Positions 1 to 13,460 of a stretch of 64,000 nt of DNA are shown piece by piece. The translations under genes and the position numbers were made by a program. The stretch's first letter is position 1. The number at the start of each line of letters is the position of its first letter. The notes below the pieces were generated by a model that was given only the letters and a program-made list of their open reading frames with translations, did no database searches and was not told the origin of the DNA. This stretch comes from Geosiphon pyriformis uo1 (lineage: Eukaryota > Fungi > Glomeromycota): NCBI GenBank assembly GCA_016748015.1, contig JAAOMT010000082.1, forward strand, positions 281,483 to 345,482, given 5' to 3'.

Positions 1-238
1 TTCAGCAAATTTTCATTAATTTCGGCGAATTTTGACTATGTTAAATGGTTCAAGGTATTGTATAATTTTATCATCTCAATTTCTAAAGTACAAATCGAAT
101 TATTGGTTGAATTAAGATAATTGCTACTTTGACTAAAATTATAAGTAATATTTGATTTAATAATAGTATGCTAATTAATAATAAGAATTATGAAGGTAAT
201 TTCATGCTAATTTAATAGCTAAAATTCTACTAATAACA
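1..238 (-). mobile_element. Partial LTR of Ty3/gypsy family A (start of LTR on minus strand, runs off the window), inserted in the 3' part of LINE-1 ORF2
   Basis: The reverse complement (tgttattagtagaattttagctatt...catagtcaaaattcgccgaaattaatgaaaatttgctgaa) aligns with the first ~240 bp of the LTR at 13461. The 219..491 ORF ends in 'LVEF*', like ORF 21718..22425 where it runs into the 3' LTR. Confidence 0.9.
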
Positions 239-3200
239 CTGCCTTCCAGAAATTTACATAAGATTCCAATAACTGACATCGAACAGATTCATCAACTTTA
301 CAAGAAAACACATGAACTGACACCTCTACATTATCACAATATAAGCACAATACACTAAGATAGAGTCTATTATAAAGACACTTCTGAATGGCAATTAGCA
401 GCCAATAGTACAAAGCTTTTATAAAGTAAGTGTATACATTGGCTAAAAGTCTGCTAGTGAAACCTGCCATACTAACAATAAGCAAAGCCAATCAACCTCA
501 GAAAGCAAATTGTCTGCCAAAAACTTAGAACCAAAACCAATCTTCCAGCATGTATGACAAACTGAATAATAAATATTATAGACAAAATGTCTGGAATTGC
601 CAGAAACAATATTACCATCAACTATTATAAAGTGTTTACTTAAGTGAGAAGAAAGATATCAACCAGAGAGAAAAGCAGCACCAGCTATTATGTCAGTGCA
701 CTCATTTCCTGAAATGTCAGAGTAATCTTTTATTTTATGCCAGCTAATCTCCAAATTTTTACTGCAAATAACATTAACAATATGATGATGTTTGACCCAA
801 CACTAATTATGAAAGTTGGAACACACTAGATCCAATTCTGACTTATAAGCATCCAGAACAAATTGACTATCTGAAAACAATTGAATAGAGCTTGATAAGG
901 GAACACACTCTAGAGCCAATGCAATAGTCTGCAATTCCACTAAAGTAGACGACATTAAATCTGACACACCAACACCCAAACCCAAATTAATATTCTTGAA
1001 AAAAACAGTAGTGCTAACTCTACAGCTGACTGTGTTCAGATTACTAAGAAACCTATCCATATACACTAACAAATTACTAGTATCAGTGCACAAGAAATGA
1101 TCACAAACAGACATAAAATCATTAGATTCAAGAATGTTCAAAGAACCAACACCACTTAAAACCAAGAAAATAGTAGAAAAAAAACTCATACCATTGAGAA
1201 ATACAATAGAAAGCTCAAACCACTCAAGAACAAGGCTGTGGGGGTTCAATCTCTTCTAACATTTGAAGGTGTACCAATCAAAAACAGCACTATGATGATC
1301 ATGAAGTTAATCCACAAAGGCAATACCATATCACTAGAGAAAAAAAAAAAACCTAAAAAACTTTAACTCATTCAGAACAGCAAACATTAGAACTCTACCA
1401 TGAAACTAAAAAAAATTGGCCAAAGAGCCACTCAGAAACAAATTGCAATCAAAAAAAAACACAAACCATGTCCACCAGAAAGTTATTAAGAGCATTGACA
1501 TGAATACAAACAGGAAAACTCAATAGATAAACAAGGTACCAATACAGAACTTGCAAGTTATGGAATCTGTGAAAAAACAAACAATCCAAGATATCATTAG
1601 AGTTTGCAAAATTAACAAGAGAAGCAACTTTACTCTCAGATTGAACTTAAAAGAAAAATTTCAAACCATAAAAAAAAGGATAGTAAATTGTATCACTAGG
1701 AAAATTGAGTGATAGACCAAATTTAAGCTTCAAGCTCTTATGAATCAAAACATTTCACTTGTTGCACACATCAATAAGAACAAAGCTGAACTGTATTCTA
1801 TAGCTGACTATAGAATGAAGAACTACCCATACTAAATACAAGAACTGCTTATCTAAGACAGCTTTTCTCAGAACCAGATTTGTGAAAAAACAAATATCTG
1901 AATTTGTCTTAGCCAAACTAGGCTTTAAAAGACCCTCAGTTAAAAAAAAAATACCCAAATACCAATAAGATTCACTCTTTTTAGCAATAGAAATTGGCAA
2001 GTTATTAATAGAAAAAGAAGAATTGCTGACCTTGCTATTAATAAAAATAATTACCATTTTGTTATTATTGATAGAAATGTTATTTACCTGAAAAAATTCA
2101 CTAGCAATATTAAGAATATGTTAAGTAGTATTCTGACTGCTACCAACCCAAATTGTATTATCAACAAAAGTGCCAACAGCAAAAAAAGAAGAAAGTCCAG
2201 CCTAAAATTCAGCATGACTACTTCTGGAAACAAAATGAGAATTTAACTTATATCTATATACACTTTCCTAATACTTGATTTTACACAACAGAAAATCATA
2301 AAATATGTGCCACAAAAGAGAGGAAAAAACTTCCTTCTGGTCCAGACCATCATGCACTTGATAACCATTTGTCAAACCAAAATCTGTTATAATACAGTTG
2401 GTGTAATCCTTATAAATACTACTGAAAAATTGAATGAACTTACTGCATATTTTAATTTTGACTAAACTCATCTTAAGATGCTCTCAGTTAACCAAATTGT
2501 ATGCTTTCTGCATGTTCTGCAAAACTAGCCAAAGCTTCTGGTTCTTTTCCAAAGCATTCTCAATAACCAAACTAATAGTAAAAATAGAAAACTGAGTCAT
2601 TATACCCTTCAAAACTGAAAAATTGTTCCAATGAAAAACATCAAAAGTGCTATATGCTAAAGAAATCCTATTAGAGAGAATCTTAGAAAAAATCTTACAA
2701 GCTGTTTCAATTAAAGCAATAAATTGAGTATTCATCAAAACACTCTTCTATTCATATGGTTTGAAAATCATCGAGATCCAAGCCTTCTTCCAAGAGCTGG
2801 GCACTGATTCACCAGACAAACAAGAATTCAAAAGCATCAAAGCATATCTAGGACTGTCCTATTACAATGTTTTCAAAGCTCATTCAATATACCCAAAAGA
2901 CCAGTAGCTTTGCCATTAAGCAGAGAAGAAACCACCTCAAACAATTCATCAAATTTAATTAAGCACATAATACCAGAAAAAGCTTTATCAAAAACATACT
3001 TCAAAGATTAATATTAATAACACCAATCACCAAAAACATTATCAACCATCCAACACTTTTTAGTCCAACCCTCCATGATCACATCTACTTTAAACTTAAC
3101 CAAACTGGGTTCTAAGATCAGTATATTATCAAAAACCAGGTAATTAAATACCATTTTGTAAAATAGACACTTCAGCACACTTCTGATTGTATGACCCTTA

Positions 3201-3840
3201 TTTACCTCAAAGCTTTCTATTCTCTTATCTATAGCAGTTTTGATGTTCATCTCCTTGGCCCTCAGAGATTCAGCAGGTTTGGATGCACAATAAAACCTCC
3301 TAACACCAAAAAAAGCAGAACAAACATGATTAGAGCCTGCATTAGAGTCCACAACATCCTGAATGAATAAAGCCTTAACATTGTCCAAAGATATCCAATA
3401 CCTCATAAGAGAGTCAAAATTCACAATACTCTCTTTACAAAAAGCCTTAACAATTCTAGAAACCAAAAGCTTTAATTTGTAAAATCTTAAAGATTCCTTG
3501 GTAAAGACATCATTAAAGCTTTTGAATCATTTCTTCTTGAATACCTCATTAGCTAAGAGAACCATTACCTTGTGAATAACATTCCACATTGCATCCAAAT
3601 CTGAGAATTTTATGGAGATAACAAACTCATCTAAGAATATTGTTGTATTGGCCAATGTAGCATTTCTAAAATCATTTTATTTAGTCTTATTAACATTCTT
3701 AAAATCAAACTTCCACTGATTTCTATTTGCTTGCTTGTAAAGAAAGTTCAATCATGTATCCAAAAGTCCACTTAAACTTACAAACACAGATACAGATCAG
3801 TGATTCATGTTAAAATGCTTATTGACTTCTAAAATGTTGC

Positions 3841-4801
3841 TGTTACTTATAAAAAATTAAATACAAAAAATAGTAAAGAAAACAAAGAGAGAAATTAAAC
3901 CAATAAGAGAATAATAGTTAACATATGGGCATATTGCTCAGCAATATGGAACAATGTCAGAAATTATGGCACATTGCTTAGCAATATGAAACAATGTCAG
4001 AAATTATGGCACATTGCTCAGCCATATAGAGCATTGCTTGAGAATTCATAGCATATTGTTCGAGAATGTGAGCAATCTCATAGAACCCAAATTATGTATA
4101 TATAGCAGTAGTATTAGAAGCTAGAAAAAGAAACTTCCAGAGTCAGTAGGATTCTTAGAGTTAATTAGACTTACAAGTCATAATTATTAGAATTCCTGAG
4201 ACCTCTCTATTTAGATTTAATCTAAGCAACCTTTTCTATCACAAATATCAATAAATAACTATTTTTTATCTCAATTCCACTCTCTATTATCAACACTTTA
4301 TGTTAATAGTAATTGATACTTGACCACACTGGAACAATAGCTTTTAATCATGGCTATTGACGGAATACTAACTTGCAATTGCACTGACTTATTTCTCTTT
4401 ATTTCTTTTATTTTCTTTATTTATTTATTTTCTTTGATTTTATTGTTGGTTACTAAAACTGATTAAAAATTAAAGCACTGAGTTAAAAAACGTCATAGAG
4501 ACTGGTAAAAAACCTGTGAAACAAGGGTAGAACACTCATAAAATTGAAAATAGCTTACCAGGAGGATTACTGGCCATCATGCTGAGAAAGAAATTTGATA
4601 GAATTGTGATTCTGGAAGGCTATTGAAATCATTATTAACTCTCTGTTCATTATACAAAAAACTCCACAACAACACCTTCAGATCAACTCAAAACCTTCAG
4701 ATACAACTGATGTACTAATATTGCCAACATCATTAAGATACTAAAACACCAAATTATGGATTTGTTATTTGATTTGAGACCCCAAATAATCATCTGTAAT
4801 A
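3841..4801 (+). mobile_element. Solo LTR, gypsy family B (961 bp), 4-bp TSD TTGC
   Basis: Ends TGTTAC...GTAATA (decayed GTAACA). TTGC occurs at 3837-3840 and 4802-4805. Removing the insert and one TSD restores the LINE endonuclease frame (...VIMYCNILEVNKHF...). Confidence 0.9.
3925..4060 (+). repeat. ~40-bp tandem repeat (20-bp subunits) inside the family-B LTR
   Basis: The unit tatggcacattgctcagcaatatggaacaatgtcagaaat occurs about 2.5 times, followed by degenerate copies. Confidence 0.85.
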
Positions 4802-5432
4802 TTGCAATACATTATCACATTAATCAAATTCGGGAAAACAAGCACATAATTAATTGTCTTCATAATACTTTTAGAATTTATCTAAGTAGGCTCCATCATG
4901 GTTGAGCTACTAATCAAGGAATTAACTAGTTCTAAATTAAGGCATTTTTTGAAACTTGCACACCTACAAGAACCATCCTTATTAAAATCACTGCTGAAAA
5001 TAACAAAAAAAAATTCATTAACAGCCTTTACAATAAGAGAGTTGATATTATCAGTCTGAGAGAACCAAATTACTGAAGAGGCACCAGTGTAAAGCCCCAA
5101 AATTAACACTGAAAGTTTATTTTTGAAGAGTAACTTGATAGAGAAGAGCTGACTAAGGACCTCAGAAACTTTATATACATGTCTTACCACAGAAATGTTC
5201 ATGACTACAGCAATATCCAAACCCAAATAGCCAGAGTTTATATCTGAAATAAACACCCAAACATCACTAAATTTGTTAACAATCTATAAACAAATCTTCC
5301 TTTTTAGTTTTGTTTCTGTAAAAATTGAAATCAGATTGTTTATGTCTTTATGCCAATACACAATATCTTCTTGCTTAGCAGAATTGTTCATATCTCTAAT
5401 ATTACACATGGCAATCTTTCAAACTAGACTGG

Positions 5433-7232
5433 TCATTGAAAAAAAAGTTTGAGAAATGCACCACCAGCCAAGATTGAATCATCAAATCTTGCTGTCAGAC
5501 TCAGAACTGAAGCAAAAAGTCCTTTCAGCATGTTTTCTAGTCTTTTCATCTTAAGAGAGGCAGAAAAGTCTAAATTTGCAGCAGTTTCACTACTTGTAGT
5601 TCCACCCAAACTCTTACCCATTACTATATTACCCACCTGAATCTGTGATAGGAGGGTCACTGGCAGTTGACATCCAGGGCTAAGCTGGAAAACTGCCAGC
5701 ATGAGTAAGTCCAATTTTTTAGCCAACTCATTAATTTGTTCCGTGAGGCTGACAAAACCACTCTCCAAAACAGCAAATTTTTTTTCAATGTCTTCTGTAA
5801 CAAGAAGAGTAGGTTTCATCTCTGAAGAGGAACCAAAGTTGACCAAATCATTATGCACAGGAAGAAAAAAAAATGAAGATCTATTAGCTATCTTAGTCCA
5901 AGAAACTTCACCAAAAACAACAAAACAAGCAACAAAAACCAAATGCTTGATGTAAATGGTAACCAACCTGCTTTTATCTATGTCTGAGAGTATTCTATGA
6001 GAAGACTTTTTAGAAGATAAATCTCCACCCACAGAACAGCCTAATGACATATGACCTATTTTCCCATACTTAGTACATTTAAAAAAACCCATATGAGACC
6101 AATACAAATTTACATTTCTCAAAACTAGAGTAGAGTCCATGATGCCATTCAAAAATTTGGCTGATTTGAAACAAACAACAGCACATCTGGCCCAAGCATA
6201 TGTAACAAGATGACAATTGATCACACATGTTTTCCCACTCACAGAACCAATGAAATCCCAAATGTTATGAGCATTTGTTCCCATTGGCAGAATATAGAGC
6301 AGTATCCTATGATAATCTCTTATGTTCCATATCTTTTTGTCTAAATCTGATTTTGTCACATGTACCACATTTTTTCCAATCAGAATAGACCATCTAACTG
6401 CAACTAAATTAGCCTGGTCTGGCTGGTCAAACTCAACTACAGCCTTTTGCCATAATTTCATCAACTGTATCTTAATTGACTTAATTATTCCAAACTCGAA
6501 TAGTGCAGTACACACAGCCTTAGCTAATGTTCCAACTGGAATTTTTTTAACCACCACAGCCTAATTTGAATACATCAAGAGTATTTTCAGATTAGTGTTT
6601 ACTAAAACATTCACCACTTTTGCTTTTTTTGTAGCCTGTGCCAGACTAAACTCTGAAATGAAAGTGACACGAATAATTCCAGCAAATTTTGAGAAGGTAG
6701 AGACCTCTCCAAAACCATTGATTCTTGAAAAAAGCTTTTTAACTAAGGCATATTTTACTTGAGACATTTTACCAACCACTTTATCTAACCCAATATCCAA
6801 TATGAAAGATTTTCTAACAGAAACATTGACCAAATTCTTTAAGAAAAAAGAAAATTTTAAAGAAATATCTGAAAGAACATTATCATCATTATTACAACCT
6901 GAGAAATTTATTTTCTCTAATAACTTGTCTAATGTTTTCTTAGTTTTAACACCCAGCTTTTTAGGTGTCTAATCAAAATTACCATTAGCAAGAACATTAC
7001 CCTCACCATAGTCAAAACTGGTTTCCTTAACCAGACATTCTTTCTTCATATTAATGCTATCAGACTCAGTAATGTCACCAGTCTCAGAATTCTATAAGTG
7101 ATCACTCAGCATCTTAATAGAATTTCTTTTGTTTTCAACATCCTCCTTTAAAGCATCACCTTTCCTTTTCTTTCTCGACAAGACAAGTCTAAAACTCTCA
7201 CCAGAGCCAGAATTATTAGCAATCTTCTTCAT
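5433..7232 (-). pseudogene. LINE ORF1 (RRM-like region, decayed CCHC knuckle, coiled coil)
   Basis: ATG at 7232 (MKKIANNSGSG...RKKRK); ORF-track pieces 6561..6833 and 5433..6557; knuckle CTKYGKIGHMSLGC with Cys>Tyr; heptad-like stretch IEKKFAVLESGFVSLTEQINELAKKLD. Confidence 0.85.
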
Positions 7233-7685
7233 AATAGCAATACTTGGGCTAACAGTGGCCTTAAAATCAAAAAACAGTTTGAATTTATTGTATTAAATAA
7301 TGAAAAAACTTTTTTTGAAATTATTTGAAAATTTGGGATAAACAAAAAAAAAAAGTTTTAAATTTTTATTTAAATTATTTTTTATGTATTAACTAAATAT
7401 AATTTAATTAAAACTTAAAATATTTAAAAAAAATTTTATTTATGTATTTTTTATATATAACTAGTTATTTAAACTTATATTAAGTTAAAAAACTATTTGT
7501 TTATATCTTTATTTAATAACTTTTAATTTTAAACATATTTATATATTTAAGTTTAATAACTTTATTATTAATCTTATGTTATTACTTTATATTTTTTACA
7601 AATTTATTAATAAGTTTATTTTTTATATAATATTAGTTTTAATAATAGTAAAATTAAATTTTTTTAAAATTTTAAATAATAATAA

Positions 7686-9997
7686 TTTTTTTTTTAATGT
7701 TTAACAAGTAAAGTCCAAATACTGCTTAGTATAATACATTATACAAATAATCTAAACTAAGTGTAAATCATGCATTTTCTATATGTGACCAGCCATTCAG
7801 GCTACTCAAAACAACACTAAACATCTATATAAACAGAGACAATGTTCTCTATACTTGAGAAAAACAAACAAGATTTACAAAATCCGAAACCCACACCAAC
7901 CATCTCAGCAATACCCAACAACTTAACTACACCAGCTGTAAGCATTAAAGAAAATCTGAAGACTAGAACAGGAATGAAATTATTACTTAGAATTACACCA
8001 TTTTTCTCCATAAAAGCTTAGTACTTGGCATGAACCAACCAGATATTTTTCCAGAATACAAGACAAAATTCATGCACAAAATCCACAATATGCTGACTTG
8101 CAATCTTAGAATTCTTGAAAACTGAAACAGATTCACAATACCAATTATTAAAAATGAAACTTTTAAACAAAGTTGTGCTAACTGCAACATCAGAAACACA
8201 AGTGGACAGCAACTGCAAAACACATGAAGAAAAATAAGATAAACCAGAGTGCACACCTTAAGCAGATACATGGATATTTAACAACTAAACATAACCAGAA
8301 GCATCAAATGGGCAAGAAAAGACATGGTCTAAAACCTCAACATTGTTACAGAACAAGCAAACCACATTAGAATAACACTTATTATATAGTCACTTATACA
8401 CAGCAACAGGAAGCTGATGATAAAGGGCTTTTATAAAATAAGTTCAAAAACCAGCAGTCTATTTATTAGTGAAACCAGCTACCAAGTGAGAATTTGGATG
8501 CCACACCAAAAACAACCTGAACCAATTAATATTTACATACAAACTGTCTGCCACCATCTGGGAATCTGAACCAGTTTCCCAATATACACAATAAACAGAC
8601 CAAAAAATCTTTTAAACAAAATGTTTAGAATTACTAGAAACAGCAATGCTGCTGGTCTTAAGATAATACTTACTAACCAAATGAAGTAGGTATTAATCAG
8701 AAAAGGCAGCTGCTTTGACAAATCTATTAGCACACTTATTACTTGATACACCAGAGTAACTTCTAATCTTATGTCAACTAACATTCAAATTTTTATGATG
8801 AATGATACTCACAATATGGCAATGTTTGATCCAATACCAATTCCTAAAATTCAGACAAACCAATCTTAAATTTAACTTACACACATCCAAAACAGTTTGG
8901 CTGTCTGTAAACAGGTCCACAAAATAAGAAGAGAGAACACACTCAAGAGCCAAAGCAATGGCATATAGTTCTACCATGATGGAAGAGAACAAACCAAAAA
9001 CTCTTACACCCAAACTCAAATTAATGTTCATAAAAAAAACAGTCACACCAGCTTTTATACCAAGAATTTCTAAACCACTTAAAGATCCATCCATATAAAC
9101 AAAAAAGTGACCAGTATTAGCATGCAACAGATTGTTACCAATGACACCAAACTCATAAGACTAAAAAATACTCAAAAGATCATAACTACTCAAAAGTAGA
9201 AAACTGATAAAGAGAAAAGCCACACAACCAAAAAACCAAATAGAAAGTTTAAACCAGATGAGAACAGAACTACAGAAGTCCAACTACTTCCACTATTTGA
9301 AAATTACTCAGTCAAAAATAGCACTGCTCTGATTATGCAGCTGGTTTATAAAAGCAATTTTATAACATCTAAGTAAAAAGACACACTTAAAATAAATTGA
9401 CTTACCAAGGACAACAAACATAGAAGTTCTATTCCAAAGACAAAAAATACTGGTTAGAAAGTTGTCCAAGAATAAATCATACTCAGAAAATATACATATC
9501 ATACCCACTAAAAAATTATTTAAGAGATCAACTTTGACACAAGCCAGATACTGTAAAAGGTAAAATAAACACTAGCTGAAAACTTGAAAATTATGCGACT
9601 TATAAGAAAACAACCAGCCCAAAATATCTACTGAATTTGCAAAAGAAACAACTGAGACCAATTTGCTTTTAGCCTAAATCTGTTTAAATGTTTTCAAATC
9701 ATACAGAAAAGATAATAGATTGCATCATTGGAGAAATTAAGTGGCAGATCAGACTTAGATTTTAAGCCTTTGTAAATGAAAGTATTCCATTTATTATACA
9801 CACTAATAAGAATAAAACTGAATTAAGTTCTATAACTGATAATTATATAAAGAACTGCAAACACCAAATACACAAACTGTTTATCTAACATTGCTTTTCT
9901 TAAAACAAAATTGACAAAAAATTAAACATCTAAATGCATCTTAGCCAAGCTAGGTTTTGACAAACCCTTAGAAGATAAAAAAATACTCAGATAGTAG
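7686..9997 (-). mobile_element. 3' portion of a second LINE of the same family (RT end, RNase H, CCHC, 3' UTR, poly(A)), cut at 9997 by an LTR
   Basis: RNase H in ORF 8774..9127 (VYMDGSL...ELYAIALAL...FTDSQ) parallels 803..1249. ORF2 ends at 7817, and the T-run at 7686-7695 is the poly(A) tail on the minus strand. Confidence 0.9.
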
Positions 9998-10423
9998 TAT
10001 TATGGGTAAACTTGATAGAGTAGAGAAATAGTAACATTTGGTGCTCTTAATTATTGATAATATATGTTTTGCATAATTTCATTGGCTTAGTTTTGATTAT
10101 CAGTCTTTGAAGATCTTATTTACTGGTTGTGAATTTACTTATTGAGTTTTTTAATTATAAGACACAGAGTTTTGGTTTTTGCTGACTGCAACTTCTTATA
10201 AAAATAAGCTTTTTTTTCTGAACTAATAAGTGTAGTCATTAGGGTCCAGTATTGTCTTTTCACCCTTTTAGTAAACTATTAAGATAACATTAATATTCAA
10301 AAACTTAGGAGGAGCTTTCCTTTTTTACTAAGCTATCACAAAGTTTATTCTCAGACAGTTGATTTTCTTATATTGCCACTTTACAAAAGAAAAGAAAAGA
10401 AAAAATAAAGAAAGAAAAAGAAG

Positions 10424-10464
<41 letters not shown>

Positions 10465-10496
10465 AAAAAATCAAAANNNNNNNNNNNNNNNNNNNN

Positions 10497-10557
<61 letters not shown>

Positions 10558-12720
10558 AATTAGTATTGTCAATTGCTATAATCAAGAGCAATTAGTCCAA
10601 GTCATTTAAGAGTTTGAGGCATTTATGCTAAGAACATTGATCCTGGAATAAAGATATAAAACAAAAATTAATTTAATTGTAACATGGAAGTTCAAAGAAT
10701 ATATATTTATAATTTTTTTGGATTTCAGTTGATAAGTTTATTTTGAATTTATTTAGCATAATTAAGAGAATAGATAAAGAGTAAAGAATTGATTCTTGTC
10801 TAGTAGTTTGTATCTATCTGTCTGTCTTTTTCTATCTTCTACAACTATTTGCTTTTATATATTTTTTGGTTTTATAAAATTGCTTCTGATTGTTTCATTA
10901 TTGCTAATTATTGCTTTGTTATTTTACATTATTACTAGTTATTCTATATTATAACATATTATCTAGTATTATTTTGTATTATCTCACATTGTAATGTGTT
11001 ATTCTGTGCTATTCTAAGTTATAATGCATTATTCAATATTATTGTATGCTATTCTGTATTATATCACATTTTGGTCATATTTCTTCATAACTTTGAATTG
11101 GTTTTTCTACTTGGATAATATTATCTCTCTCTTTTTAGAATTGAGTTTCTGCAAAATTATATATATTTGTTCCTATGTTTTTGTTTGTGTAATGTTTGAT
11201 GGGTGTGTCAAGTATTGTTTTTTATAGGTCTTTGAACTGTTAATTGGTAATTTGTTCTATGTTGTTAATTGTCATTGTCTTTATAGATTCATATAATAGT
11301 ACATTTAAACAGTATTGAAAAGCAGCATATAGTCAGTATACTGCTTTGTAATATAGGGTCAGATTGCTTCTTCTTACAAATTTTCTACTTGTTGCTTTGC
11401 TTCTTTGTTGAAAGTTTTCTGGGTAAAGTCTCTATATGACATCTTTAAGTCTAATTGTTTACCTATTTTGTAGAACCAATAAGCTGGAGAAAGTCTTTTT
11501 TTTTATTTTTTTGCATTTTCTGGTGTCCATTTCTCTGTTTCAGGAAGATCAATCTCATGAGCTAAAGCCTTTTTTATTTCTTCGAGCTCAAGAACCAAGT
11601 ATTTTTTTTTATAAACTTCTTTTCTTCTTTGTCTTATCCAAGAGAAAGCTTTTCACCAATTTCCTCTTTTGGATGTTGGGTAAAAGTAAGAACAGTTAGT
11701 TCTAATTAAATTTTTACTCTTTTCTTTCCTGCTTTTATCTTTATACTATATCTTTTTTCTATCAATTGTCACTTTTATTTGAACAGAAAATTGTTGAATT
11801 GTGTCAAATAGTTGTTTTGAGAGTTGTAGAATTTGATCTGACAGGTTTATGTTAAAAGTTCTATTATTTTTTGCTGCTTTTTATGATATTATATATTTGA
11901 ATTTTTTAATTTAATTTGCTGCACATTGTCTATGTTTCGATGATGATGATTGGTTTTAAATCTTATGATATATTTTCTGGTCTAATTAATGAAATTTGTG
12001 TTCCTAGCTGAGGTATTGATGATGATGATTCCTGTTTTGCATGATAAATTTTTAATGATTTTCATGCACTACTTTCTTTAACATCCTGTCTTCCAATTGT
12101 AATTTGTAAACTCCATTTTTTAAAACTTTGTGTATGTAGAATGAATCATCTTACTTTGGTTCAAACTTTCTACTCTACTGTTTCTCAGCTTTTGTACAAT
12201 ATAATAGTACTTGGTCTCCAATCTTGAATTCCATTGTTCTGATAGGCAGTTATTATGTCTTTCTTTTTGTTATTCTTAAGTGTGACCAATATTGTCAGCT
12301 ACAGTTTTATAATTGTCTTCCAATATTTTTATTAGTTGATATATTTTTTGGTATAAGGTAGCTTTAAAATTCTCTTCATTAATTGTTTCTGTTAGATAGA
12401 ACAGTATTATTTGTTTAATTAGTAACATAGCTTTTTTTCTATAGACTAGTTTAAATGGTGTGAACTGAGTTGTATTTTGCTTTAGTGTTCAGTATGCAAA
12501 TAATACAAAAAGTATGAATAAATTCTATTCTTGTCCATTTTTATAACTTATTTTTGCTAGTGTTTTACATAGTGTTTGGTTAAATCATTCTACTAGTCTG
12601 TTTTTTTGTAGGTAATATGGTAACAATAATGGATATTTTATTCCAAACTATTGACTTAATTTGGTTAATGTATTATTAACAAAATACATTTCTTAATCAG
12701 ATAGCAGTTATTTTGGGCAG
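9998..12720 (-). mobile_element. 3' remnant of a family-B gypsy element: integrase C-terminus, downstream region, PPT and 3' LTR (9998-11120)
   Basis: The minus strand near 12050-12210 translates as VLLYCTKAEKQ*SRKFEPK*DDSFYIHKVLKNGVYKLQL, homologous to 21250-21400. The purine tract aaaaagagagaga (11124-11136) precedes an LTR with decayed TG...CA ends. Confidence 0.8.
10477..10496. other. Assembly gap (20 N) inside a long poly(A) tract
   Basis: N run flanked by homopolymer A; the tract length here is unreliable. Confidence 0.99.
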
Positions 12721-13460
12721 TCATAATAAATGCAGTTATTAGAGTTTAGTAGTGTCTTTTTATCCTTCTAGTAAGCTATTAAGATAATATTAATATTCAA
12801 TCTTAGAGAGAGCTTTTTTTTTTACCAGACTATCACAAAATCTATTCTCAGACAGTTAATTTTTTTATGTTGTCACTCCATTAAAAAGAATAAAATAAAA
12901 AAAAATAAAAAAAAAATAAAAAATTAGTATCCTGTTAATAGCTGTGATCAAAAATTATTGGTCTAATGTAGTTAAGTATTAGATTTTATTAACATAGAGT
13001 GTTAATAATGACAAAAGTAATTAATATTTTTAATCAAGTGATAATAACATGAATTCAATAATAATAAATAATTTTATTAATAAGGGAATAATTTCACTTC
13101 AAGTTATAGAAAACTATCTTTTGAAGAAAGAGTATTGTTGAATTTTCTAGGAATTCTTTGTTGGCTGTCTTTTTAACTTCTATAATTACTTGTTTTTATA
13201 CATTTTTTTATTCTATAGAATTGCTTTTTAATTGTTTTGCTATTTCTGTTATTACTTTGTTTTTCTATATTATTGTTAGTTATACTATATTATAATATGT
13301 TATCTTTTAATATTATTAATTATCTTATGTTATCTTATATTATTATTAATTATCTTATATTATAATATATTATTACTAATTATCTTATGTTATAATACAT
13401 TATTCTATATTATTGCTAGTTATTCTATGTTATAACACATTATTTTATGTTATTGTGCAT
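12721..13460 (-). mobile_element. Partial family-B LTR with 10/20-bp tandem repeats, truncated by the family-A element
   Basis: Colinear with 10230-11050 (e.g. taatattcaa...ctatcacaaa...ttctcagacagtt); periodic tattctatgt-like units at 13260-13460. Confidence 0.8.

Larger units (their letters stand above)
239..5436 (-). pseudogene. LINE ORF2 (APE-RT-RNase H-CCHC), fragmented and interrupted by a solo LTR
   Basis: ORF-track fragments 4882..5256, 3014..3466, 2484..2738, 2268..2471, 1755..2057, 803..1249 and 219..491 carry the domains in canonical order. Confidence 0.9.
239..7330 (-). mobile_element. Near full-length decayed non-LTR retrotransposon (LINE-1 of this window): ORF1 + ORF2 (APE endonuclease, RT, RNase H, C-terminal CCHC)
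   Basis: Ordered minus-strand fragments: ORF1 (7232-5433); APE (MCNIRDMNN...FTETKLK, SSDFN, TINYVL); RT (IALIETACKIFSKIL, LVLQNMQKAYN, YLGIF); RNase H (VYMD...VELQTIALAL...FSDSQ); CxxC...H...C (LCLYCDNVEVSVHVFSC). Many stops and frameshifts. Confidence 0.93.

Noticed and set aside
3925-4060. CRISPR-like repeat array
   Set aside because: Head-to-tail repeats without unique spacers, eukaryotic LTR context, no cas genes.
10031-10050. gtaacatttggtgctc resembling an LTR end + PBS
   Set aside because: It lies ~35 bp inside a minus-strand family-B LTR with LINE sequence just upstream; there is no plus-strand LTR before it or gag after it.
10328-10595. Poly-Phe / poly-Lys ORFs
   Set aside because: Translations of a poly(A) tract with an N gap inside an LTR.
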